Positions 7,453 to 15,822 of a stretch of 61,776 bases of DNA are shown piece by piece (the first letter of the stretch is position 1; each line of letters starts with the position of its first letter). Origin of the DNA: Lentisphaeria bacterium. Its GTDB lineage: Bacteria > Verrucomicrobiota > Lentisphaeria > Victivallales > Victivallaceae. The translations under genes were made by a program, and so were the position numbers. The stretch lies in NCBI GenBank assembly GCA_017508285.1, contig JAFVZG010000067.1, positions 1 through 61,776 on the forward strand. The letters run 5' to 3'. The notes under the pieces are model-generated. The model had not been told where the DNA came from and made no database searches. It worked only from the letters and a program-made list of their open reading frames with translations.

Positions 7453-8451
7453 ATGGCAAAGATTCGAGTTGTTGTAGCCGGTTACGGCAATGTCGGCCGC
7501 GGTGTACTGGCAGCATTGAAAAATAATCCCGATATGGAAGTCGCCGGGGTGGTCAGCCGTAATCCTGACCGGGTGAAAAAGAGTTTTACTGAATATCCGG
7601 TAATGCAGATCGCCGATGTCGATGCATGGCTGGAAGCATTGAAGCCTGATGTCGCCATTCTCTGCGGCGGCAGTAAAGATGATCTGCCGGTACAGGGACC
7701 GGCACTTTGTGCCAGAATCAATACCGTTGACAGTTTTGACAACCACAGCCGGATACCGGAATACTTCAAGGCGATGGATGGATCGGCAAAAACTTCCGGA
7801 AAGGTCGCCGTTATTTCCACCGGTTGGGATCCGGGGATATTTTCCATGGAAAGGGTGGTCGCCAATGCCTTTCTGCCCGGTTCACGGGCTTACGGTTTTT
7901 ACGGCTTGGGGGAATCCGGCGGCTTGAGTATGGGGCACAGTGATGCTTTGCGCACTATTCCCGGAGTGGTCGATGCCCGTCAGTATACTCATGCGGTAAC
8001 GCAATCCATTGAAAAGGTGCGGGCCGGGGAAAATCCGGAATTTACCGCCGGGGATATGCATACCAGAGAGTGCTATGTGGTGCTGGAAGAGGGTGCCGAT
8101 GCCGAAAAGATCGCCGAAACCATCCGCACCATGCCCGGATATTTTGCTCCTTACAAGACTGAGATCCACTTCGTTTCTCAGGAATATCTCAATGAAAAAT
8201 GTGCCGGATTCCCGCATGACGGTCTGGTGGTCGCCGCCGGAGTCACCGGCAGCGGCAATCCGGCACGGGTGGAGTACCGCTGTCAGTGGGGCAGTAATCC
8301 GGAAGCCACTGCCAATGTATTGGTCGCTCACGCCAGAGCCGCAGTCAGACTGGCAGAAGAGGGAAAATCCGGAGCCTTTACTATTCTGGATATTCCTCCG
8401 GCTTATTTTTCCATGCACAGTAAAGAAGAGTTGCTGGCGAAATTCATGTAA
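7453..8451 (+). CDS. ddh: meso-Diaminopimelate D-dehydrogenase
   Basis: MAKIRVVVAGYGNVGRG Rossmann N-terminus, GWDPGIFS motif and a length of about 332 aa. Confidence 0.85.
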   Translation: MAKIRVVVAGYGNVGRGVLAALKNNPDMEVAGVVSRNPDRVKKSFTEYPVMQIADVDAWLEALKPDVAILCGGSKDDLPVQGPALCARINTVDSFDNHSRIPEYFKAMDGSAKTSGKVAVISTGWDPGIFSMERVVANAFLPGSRAYGFYGLGESGGLSMGHSDALRTIPGVVDARQYTHAVTQSIEKVRAGENPEFTAGDMHTRECYVVLEEGADAEKIAETIRTMPGYFAPYKTEIHFVSQEYLNEKCAGFPHDGLVVAAGVTGSGNPARVEYRCQWGSNPEATANVLVAHARAAVRLAEEGKSGAFTILDIPPAYFSMHSKEELLAKFM

Positions 8452-8465
8452 GCACTTGTATCATC

Positions 8466-9116
8466 ATGGCGATCGAAGCAGCTATTTTTGATCTGGATGG
8501 CACTTTGCTTGAGAGCATGAGTATCTGGAGCAATCTTTGCAATGAGTTTTTGAAACGGCATGGTATCAATGAGGATGTCGATTTGGATGGTAAACTTGGC
8601 GTTTTATCCATCCGCAATGCACTTGCCTATGTTTTGCAGGAGTATTCTTTGAAACTTGATCTGGATGCTGCTTGCCGGGAAACATGGGCGATCGTGGAAA
8701 ACTTCTACCGCAATGAGGTGAAATTGAAGCCCGGAGTCAGGGAAATTATTGCCGTTCTGCAGCGGGAAAAGATCCCTGCCGGTATCATTACGGCTACTGA
8801 AAGCGGTTTGGTTTCCTGTGCTCTGGAGCGGGTGGGCTTGGCAGATTTTTTTGCCGGGAATGTTTTAAGTTGTGCTGAATTGCAGACTTCCAAACGCTCG
8901 CCTGAAGTTTTTTTCATGCTGAGCGGCAAATTCAACAGCAAGCCGGAAAAAACAATCGTCTTTGAAGATGCCCTCTATGCCGGGCGTACTGCCAAAAATG
9001 CCGGATTCAAGTTGGCGGCAGTTTTTGACCCCAGCGAAAAACATCCGGAAACTCTGGCAAAGATCGCCGATTGGTACTGCCAAAGCTGGGAAGAATTCCC
9101 CCTGCATATTCTTTGA
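8466..9116 (+). CDS. HAD-superfamily hydrolase (subfamily IA-like)
   Basis: AIFDLDGTLLES motif I and typical HAD length. Confidence 0.8.
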   Translation: MAIEAAIFDLDGTLLESMSIWSNLCNEFLKRHGINEDVDLDGKLGVLSIRNALAYVLQEYSLKLDLDAACRETWAIVENFYRNEVKLKPGVREIIAVLQREKIPAGIITATESGLVSCALERVGLADFFAGNVLSCAELQTSKRSPEVFFMLSGKFNSKPEKTIVFEDALYAGRTAKNAGFKLAAVFDPSEKHPETLAKIADWYCQSWEEFPLHIL

Positions 9117-9178
9117 GTACCGCCGGCGCATGAGACAGTGAATGCCACTGTCATAGTCATGCACCGGTATTGTTTTGA

Positions 9179-10567
9179 TCAATTAAGCACTCCGGTGGCA
9201 TTGAGCAGAACTATCAGCAGGCAGGGGATCACGATAAAGACCATGCAGAAGCGGTAAACGCATTCGCGGTACCACGGTTTGTCGGTGGTTTTGATCTCTT
9301 CGCAGAATTTTTTCAACCCGATGATGGTGGTCACCAGCAAGGTGGTGAATATCGCTCCGATGGGCATCAATACACTGTTGCTGATAAAGTCAAGGGTATC
9401 AAGGATGTCTTTGCCTTCAAAACCTTTGATGAATGCCAACGGATGCACGTTGCTCAATACGCTGTAACCGAGAACAGTAACGATACCGATGACCACCACC
9501 TCAAAGAGACACATGATGATCGCAATTTTACGGGATATTTTCAACTCCTGCATCACGGTGTGGACATTGGTTTCGAGCAGAGATACCGCACTGGTCGCCG
9601 CAGCAAAGAGAACCAATACAAAGAAGAAGGCTCCGACGATCTGACCTCCGGGGAAACTGGCAAACACCTGAGGCATTACCACAAAAATCAATCCCGGACC
9701 GGCATTTCCCGCCGCTTCTTCGCCGCCGAATGCCACAACTGCCGGGATGATCATCAAACCGGCAAGAAATGATACGGCTGTATCAAAAAGTTCCACATGA
9801 TTCACACTGGATACCAGATCATCCTGACGGCGCATGTATGATCCGTAAGTGATCATGATCCCCATGGCGATAGAGAGGGAGAAAAAGAGTTGTCCCATCG
9901 CCTCCACCACCGTCATATGGCTGAATTTAGACATATCCGGCAGCAGATAGTACTTTACTCCGTATGAAGCATTGGGCAGGAAAAGACAGTAGATGCAGAT
10001 CCCGATAATAAGAAGCAGTAAAAGCGGCATCAGAATTTTATTGAAGCGTTCAATGCCCTTTTCCACACCGAAACATACCACCAATGCCGTGATCAGCATA
10101 AATGCAACAAAGAATATGCACGGCTCCCAGGTGGCACTGATAAAACCGGTGAAATATGCCGCAGATGCTGAATTCTGACTGAATTCACTCACCGGAGTCG
10201 TAAAGAATGCCGCCGCATACCTGGTGACCCAGCCGCCGATAACACAGTAGTAGGGAAGGATTATCATCGGCACGATCGCATTTATCCAGCCGCCGCAACT
10301 GATGAATCTGCCCAAAGCTCCTTTCCCGACGCAAAGATCGCGGAAGGCGCCGATGGGGCTTTTGCCGGTCATTCGACCGATGCTGTTCTCCGATATCAGC
10401 AGGGCGTAGCCGAATGTCAGCATCAAAATCAGATAGGTGAGCAGAAATATTCCGCCGCCGTATTTCGCCGCAAGATAGGGAAAACGCCAGATATTGCCCA
10501 AACCGACTGCTGATCCGGCGGCGGCAAGGACAAAACCAAGCCGGCTGGAAAACCCTTCATTTTTCAT
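9179..10567 (-). CDS. Sodium-dependent transporter, SNF (neurotransmitter:sodium symporter) family
   Basis: GLGNIWRFPYLAAKYGGG signature. Multi-pass membrane protein, 462 aa. Confidence 0.9.
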   Translation of the reverse strand: MKNEGFSSRLGFVLAAAGSAVGLGNIWRFPYLAAKYGGGIFLLTYLILMLTFGYALLISENSIGRMTGKSPIGAFRDLCVGKGALGRFISCGGWINAIVPMIILPYYCVIGGWVTRYAAAFFTTPVSEFSQNSASAAYFTGFISATWEPCIFFVAFMLITALVVCFGVEKGIERFNKILMPLLLLLIIGICIYCLFLPNASYGVKYYLLPDMSKFSHMTVVEAMGQLFFSLSIAMGIMITYGSYMRRQDDLVSSVNHVELFDTAVSFLAGLMIIPAVVAFGGEEAAGNAGPGLIFVVMPQVFASFPGGQIVGAFFFVLVLFAAATSAVSLLETNVHTVMQELKISRKIAIIMCLFEVVVIGIVTVLGYSVLSNVHPLAFIKGFEGKDILDTLDFISNSVLMPIGAIFTTLLVTTIIGLKKFCEEIKTTDKPWYRECVYRFCMVFIVIPCLLIVLLNATGVLN

Positions 10568-10583
10568 ATATTACCTCTTGAAT

Positions 10584-11339
10584 TCAAAATTTCTTATCCA
10601 TAAGACGCAAAATACCTTCCAGCAATGTTGCCGGATGCGGAGGACAGCCGGGAACATAGAGGTCGGGCTTCAAAATTTTCTCCACTCCATCGTGGCAAAC
10701 TTCGCTTCCTGCATAGATCCCTCCGGAAATCGCACAGGTGCCGCAGGCGATCACCCATACCGGGCGGGGAGCGGCATCGTAACTCTTTTTGAGGGCAAGC
10801 AGCATATTTTCACTGACCGGACCGGTCACTAAAATACAGTCGGCGTGCCGGGGTGAGGCAACGACCTGGATCCCGAATCTGCCCATATCCCAGGCGAGAG
10901 TATTCAATACATTGAAATCCAATTCGCAGGCGGCGCAGCCACCGGCTGAAACCTGACGGATCTTCAGTGATTTGCCGCAGAAACGCAGGAATTCCCGGTC
11001 GGTCGGGCGTTCCGGAAGATAACTGCTGCCGGTAACCAGCAGGTTTTCTCTGGTCATTGCCGCCAGACGGTACTCTTTGCTGATGGTTACGGCATTTTCC
11101 GGGCAGACTTCGGCGCATTTGCCGCAAAAAAGGCATTTGCCGGTATCAATGACCACCGGTTTGCCGTTGACAATTGCCGCCGCAGTAGGACAAACTTCGG
11201 CGCATTTGCCGCACTGACTGCACTTGTCAACTGCTATTTCCGGGCGACCGGAAAAGTGATCCGGCAGCACCGGGGCAGTATAGGGGAATTTACCGGTACG
11301 GTACCCCTGAAAGAGACGGGCTTTAAGTGAATTCCACAT
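10584..11339 (-). CDS. Fusion of a 2x[4Fe-4S] ferredoxin (HycF/NuoI-like) with a NuoB/HycG-like small subunit (EhrS-like)
   Basis: CSQCGKCAEVCP and CLFCGKCAEVCP motifs, followed by GGCAACELD, ACGTCA and GCPPHP (NuoB-type cluster ligands). Confidence 0.85.
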   Translation of the reverse strand: MWNSLKARLFQGYRTGKFPYTAPVLPDHFSGRPEIAVDKCSQCGKCAEVCPTAAAIVNGKPVVIDTGKCLFCGKCAEVCPENAVTISKEYRLAAMTRENLLVTGSSYLPERPTDREFLRFCGKSLKIRQVSAGGCAACELDFNVLNTLAWDMGRFGIQVVASPRHADCILVTGPVSENMLLALKKSYDAAPRPVWVIACGTCAISGGIYAGSEVCHDGVEKILKPDLYVPGCPPHPATLLEGILRLMDKKF

Positions 11340-11351
11340 ATTTTTTCCTCC

Positions 11352-12836
11352 TCAAAGATCGTGTCCGCAATAGGAGAGATTGAAACTTTTGTTGCATATC
11401 GGGAAATGGGCGATCTCCTCATTGCGCAGTGCCATCGCCAGACCTTCCCAGTTATGGAATGACGGATCGACTATTTTCAGGACCCGGAATTTGCCATCAC
11501 TGCCGGTTACTGCCGCATGGCACAACTCTCCGCGCCACGCTTCGGTGACCGATACAGCGAGCATATCCGGCGCCGGAGTCAATTCCTGAGAGATCACGGC
11601 ACCGTTTTCCGGAATTTCAGCCAGCGCGGCAAAGAGAAAATCATGGGATTTTTTCAACTCTTCATAGCGGACTTTGGCACGGCTTATAACATCACCGTTA
11701 TAATTGTCTACCGGCAAAGATCCTGTCGTTTTTTCTCCGGCGACCGGGAAATCCCGCCGTGCATCTGCATCCAAACCGCAGGCGCGGGCGGCGACTCCGA
11801 CCAGACCGAGAGACCGGGCATCTTCAAGTGAAACACTGCCGGTATTTTCCAACCGGTCAAGAACGGTCGGGGAGTTGAACATCAAATCAAGGGCATTCCA
11901 CAACTCTCTGGAGACCGTCTGCAGTTTTCGGGTGATTTTTTTCGCCTTTTCCTGATCCACCGGATAACGGCAGCCGCCGGGAATAATGAAGTTTCTGCCG
12001 AAACGGTTGCCGCAGAGATCGGCACTCATATTGAGGTATTCACCGCGGATCCTGCCGCAGAAACTGGCGGTCGGCAAAAATGCCACATCGCCTGCCAATG
12101 CTCCCAAGTCACCGATGTGATTGGCGCAACGCTCCAATTCCAGCGCGATCTGCCGGATCTTTACGGCGGGATCGGACAAGCCGATGCCGCAGAGAGACTC
12201 CATGATCCGGCAATAGTTGATCGATGCCGCAATGGAAGAGTCACCGGCGGCAGTTTCGATCAGGAAACCGGTACGGCGGTCAGGGCCGCCTTGCAGCAGT
12301 TTTTCCACGCCTCTATGCTGATATCCGAGAGAAATTTCCAGCGAGTAGACCGTTTCGCCCATACATTCAAAGCGAAAGTGTCCCGGTTCGATAACTCCGG
12401 CGTGAACAGGGCCCACCGCCACCTCATGTATCGCTTTGCCCTGCATCCGGTAGAACTCCATATCTCCAACTTGGGTGTTGACAAAGCGCAGCGGTTTCAA
12501 GGCAGGATGACCTTCCGGCACGATACCGTAAAGTTCATGGATCTCCCGTTCAAAGCGGTTGAAACCGGGGTAATGGGCAGTAAGAGAGGGATAACGCTCT
12601 TTTACGACCGTTTTCAATACCCTGAATCCCGCGGCTGCCGGATCGCCGAGAATGGCGGTCAGGATGAAGCGGTCATCTTCCGGCACGGCAAAAAAGGCTG
12701 CGATACGGCACTTTTCTGCGGTTATTGAAGTCAGGCATACTTTTGAAAATTCTGCCACCGGAAGTTCCGGAACGGATGCAAACGGAATACTTTTACCATT
12801 GCCGAGCAGAAGAAAATTTTTCGTTTCCATCATCAC
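11352..12836 (-). CDS. NuoC-NuoD / HycE-like large subunit lacking the [NiFe] cysteine motifs (EhrL-like)
   Basis: NuoC-like FNRFEREIHELYGI and NuoD/HycE-like GPVHAGVIEPGHFRF..GYQHRGVEK. The L1 position reads ETAAGDSSIAAS and the C-terminus reads KSFNLSYCGHDL. There is no CxxC anywhere. Confidence 0.8.
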   Translation of the reverse strand: MMMETKNFLLLGNGKSIPFASVPELPVAEFSKVCLTSITAEKCRIAAFFAVPEDDRFILTAILGDPAAAGFRVLKTVVKERYPSLTAHYPGFNRFEREIHELYGIVPEGHPALKPLRFVNTQVGDMEFYRMQGKAIHEVAVGPVHAGVIEPGHFRFECMGETVYSLEISLGYQHRGVEKLLQGGPDRRTGFLIETAAGDSSIAASINYCRIMESLCGIGLSDPAVKIRQIALELERCANHIGDLGALAGDVAFLPTASFCGRIRGEYLNMSADLCGNRFGRNFIIPGGCRYPVDQEKAKKITRKLQTVSRELWNALDLMFNSPTVLDRLENTGSVSLEDARSLGLVGVAARACGLDADARRDFPVAGEKTTGSLPVDNYNGDVISRAKVRYEELKKSHDFLFAALAEIPENGAVISQELTPAPDMLAVSVTEAWRGELCHAAVTGSDGKFRVLKIVDPSFHNWEGLAMALRNEEIAHFPICNKSFNLSYCGHDL

Positions 12837-12837
12837 T

Positions 12838-14229
12838 TCACCCTATCATATTCCACGCCACTGCGATTCCGAGTGCCGATACTGCCGCCAGTGCGATTGC
12901 CGGTATCCGGCACAATTTATCTCCGGCGGGATCGGCGCCGATATTCTTATCCGGCGCATACATTTTCAGTGCGATCTGCGACATTCCGCAGAAAATCACC
13001 AGCAGCAATGCCAATATCGCTGAACCGGCGGCGATCCCCGCTTCTTTTACCAGCACCAATTCAGTGAAAAACAACGGCGACGGCGGTGTGCCGCAGATAA
13101 ACAGTATGCCGGTCAGCCAGAATGCGGCAGTGCCGGGCAGACGGCCGGATAATCCTTTTACCAATGCCGTTTCTCTGGTGCCGTAACTCAAAAGGATGTT
13201 CCCTGCGAGCAGAAACAGCGACATCTTTATCAGCGAGTGTGAGATGATATGGAGCATGGCATAATCCATCGCCGCAAAACCGATCAGCAGCGCGATCAAT
13301 CCCATGTGTTCCACGCTGGAGTAAGCAAGCATCCGCTTGTAATCTTTTTGACGGATAATGAAAAATGCCGCAACTGCCAGCGAGAAAAAGCCGAAAAATT
13401 TGAAGTAACCGGCGGCGAAGCCCTCCAGATCCGACGGCACGATATCGTTGAGCCGGAGCAGTGCCAGCAGCGCGCAGTTGAGCAAACTTCCGGAAAGCAT
13501 CGCCGATACCGGCACCGGAGCTTCACTGTGGGCATCCGGCAGCCAGGTGTGAAACGGTGCAAGACCCATTTTCAAAGCATAACCGGCAAAGCAGAGAACA
13601 AATCCCGCCTTGAACCATGCCGGATTGAAAAATCCATGCGCGGTCAACCTTTTTACTGCGGCAAACCCGAAAGATGCCGAAGCAAAATTCAGCGATGCCG
13701 ACAGCAGCATCGTGCCGAAAAGAGCCAGCCCGATACCGATCGAACAGATCAGAAGATATTTCCACATCGCTTCCAGCGAACCTTTACTGCGGTGATAATT
13801 TATCAACGGCGCGCTGGCAAGGGTGGTCGCTTCCACCGCCACCCAGAGCATGCCGAAATCCTGTGCCAGAGTCGTCAGAGTCATCGTCGAAACAAAGATC
13901 ATCAATATCGCGGCAAAGGTCGAGGGTTTCATTCCCAGATGGGCGGCATTTTTTTCCAGATCACGCGGCATCCAGAAAAAGTTGTAGACGGATACCGGTA
14001 AAAAGAGTATTGCGGTCGCTGCCAGTACCACAAATCCTGCCGGATCGGCAGCCAATGTCAATGTTTCAGTCAAATGCAATTGGTCAGGATGTATTGGCAA
14101 TACCGCGCAGATGGCGGTGTATCCTGTTGCCGTGATCATCAGCACCCAGCGGGCAACTGCCGGTTTTTCACTGAAAAAAGAGATCAATGCACCGCATACA
14201 GGAAGCAAAAGCAAAGATAAAGTCAACAT
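12838..14229 (-). CDS. NuoM/N / HyfF-like antiporter-type membrane subunit (EhrD-like)
   Basis: 463-aa polytopic protein with FHTWLPDAHSEAP, the typical proton-pumping-subunit motif. Confidence 0.85.
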   Translation of the reverse strand: MLTLSLLLLPVCGALISFFSEKPAVARWVLMITATGYTAICAVLPIHPDQLHLTETLTLAADPAGFVVLAATAILFLPVSVYNFFWMPRDLEKNAAHLGMKPSTFAAILMIFVSTMTLTTLAQDFGMLWVAVEATTLASAPLINYHRSKGSLEAMWKYLLICSIGIGLALFGTMLLSASLNFASASFGFAAVKRLTAHGFFNPAWFKAGFVLCFAGYALKMGLAPFHTWLPDAHSEAPVPVSAMLSGSLLNCALLALLRLNDIVPSDLEGFAAGYFKFFGFFSLAVAAFFIIRQKDYKRMLAYSSVEHMGLIALLIGFAAMDYAMLHIISHSLIKMSLFLLAGNILLSYGTRETALVKGLSGRLPGTAAFWLTGILFICGTPPSPLFFTELVLVKEAGIAAGSAILALLLVIFCGMSQIALKMYAPDKNIGADPAGDKLCRIPAIALAAVSALGIAVAWNMIG

Positions 14230-14230
14230 T

Positions 14231-14887
14231 TCAGCGAGCCTCCTCTTTCAAACTGTTGAGCCTGTCAGCATCGATATGCGAAAATTCCCGGCTGATTTGA
14301 AATACTGAAATACCCATGATAAACACCAGTACCAGTACATCCAGCAGTATGCCCAACTCCACTATCAAAGGGTGTTCCCGCATTACTGCCGCTCCGAAAA
14401 GCGTGATGCCGTTTTCAAAAACCAGAAATCCGATCACCTGAGTCAATGCTTTTTTGCGGGCGATCACGGTGAAAAGACCGGTCATCACTACTGCAAATGA
14501 ACACGGCACTGCCAGACCTGCCAGATCGGATGCTCCGGCGGGCAGTGACAATCTTCCGGAAATAAAGAAACTGAAGAGGATCAGCGCAAGTACCACTCCG
14601 GCAGAGAGCGAATAACCGATCACCGGTTCCAGTTCCCGTTTTACCCCGGCTTTGAGCATTGTCCGGTAAAGCAGACAGGGCAGGATGATACCTTTCAGAG
14701 AAAGATTTATGATCATTACCGACCAATGGATATCACCGTGGCCGATCGCCAGAGTTACCGGCATGATACCAAGCAGCACTCCCTGCAGAGCCACGATCCT
14801 TATGCAATGCAGCAGTCTGCTGGAAACTGCCAGCATCAGACAGCTGCACAGAAATATCCCCAAAAACAATTCATTCATCTGATTCAT
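14231..14887 (-). CDS. HyfE-like small membrane subunit (EhrC-like)
   Basis: MNQMNELF start whose ATG overlaps the upstream stop (ATGA). GFLVFENGITL motif. The longer track ORF (to 15121) overlaps the upstream gene. Confidence 0.75.
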   Translation of the reverse strand: MNQMNELFLGIFLCSCLMLAVSSRLLHCIRIVALQGVLLGIMPVTLAIGHGDIHWSVMIINLSLKGIILPCLLYRTMLKAGVKRELEPVIGYSLSAGVVLALILFSFFISGRLSLPAGASDLAGLAVPCSFAVVMTGLFTVIARKKALTQVIGFLVFENGITLFGAAVMREHPLIVELGILLDVLVLVFIMGISVFQISREFSHIDADRLNSLKEEAR

Positions 14888-15819
14888 CGTATCCCTCCGT
14901 TGAAAAAGAGCTGGAAGATCATCGCCACGATCGCCAGTACCAATGCCGAAATCAGCAAGGGCGGCACTTTCAAAAAGCGGTAACGCGCCATGGATGATTC
15001 CACGATACCCACCAGCACTGCCGATGCAAAAACTCCGCCAATACTCAATGCCGTTTCCTGCCAGCCTGATAAGATATTGCCGGGGATCAGCATGGAAACA
15101 ATGAATGAACCGAATATCCACAACTTCAAGCTGGATGTGTAAAGGATCGCTCCAAGATCCGCTCCGGAATAATCGAGGATCATCGCTTCGTGGATCATGG
15201 TCAACTCCAGATGGGTTTCCGGATCGTCAAACGGCACCCGGCAGTTTTCCGCCAGCATCACCAGAAGCATCGCCAGCGAAACCAGCAGCACCGGGGTGAA
15301 ACTTATCCATGAATCCATGCCGATGCCGGTGAGCATGCCTGAAAGAGTCCATGAGTGGGAAAAAAGCACCAGAAATGCCAGCACTGCAAAGACCGCTGCT
15401 TCGGCAAGGGCGGAGAAAAAGGCTTCTCTTGCCGCTCCCATACCTTCAAAACTTGAACCGGTATCCAGAGCCGCCAGTACTGAGAAGAAACGGCAGGTGC
15501 CGAGCAGATAGAAGAATAAAAGCACATCACCGGGAAACATCAACGGCGAATTTTTGAATCCCATCGGCAAAAGCAGTGCCGCCAATACCGTCAATGTCAG
15601 TTGGATCGCCGGGGCGATGCGGAGTATCCCTCCGGAGGTGCTGGAAATTACACACTCTTTTTTCAGCAATTTTCCCAAATCGCTGTAGAGCTGAAAGAGC
15701 CGCGGCCCCTTTCTGCCTGCGAAAAAGGCTTTGACCTTATTGATGATGCCGGGCAGAAGCGGAGCCAGCACCAGAGCCGCTATGAAATTTACGGCAAAAA
15801 CCGGTAACGAATTATTCAT
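14884..15819 (-). CDS. NuoH / HycD / HyfC-like membrane subunit (EhrB-like)
   Basis: 311-aa polytopic protein with RVPFDDPETHLELT, the NuoH-family pattern. Confidence 0.85.
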   Translation of the reverse strand: MNNSLPVFAVNFIAALVLAPLLPGIINKVKAFFAGRKGPRLFQLYSDLGKLLKKECVISSTSGGILRIAPAIQLTLTVLAALLLPMGFKNSPLMFPGDVLLFFYLLGTCRFFSVLAALDTGSSFEGMGAAREAFFSALAEAAVFAVLAFLVLFSHSWTLSGMLTGIGMDSWISFTPVLLVSLAMLLVMLAENCRVPFDDPETHLELTMIHEAMILDYSGADLGAILYTSSLKLWIFGSFIVSMLIPGNILSGWQETALSIGGVFASAVLVGIVESSMARYRFLKVPPLLISALVLAIVAMIFQLFFNGGIR

Positions 15820-15822
15820 TTT

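Noticed and set aside
14888-15121. N-terminal 78-aa extension of the HyfE-like ORF.
   Set aside because: It overlaps the 3' end of the NuoH-like gene in another frame. An ATG forming an ATGA stop/start overlap gives a HyfE-sized 218-aa protein.
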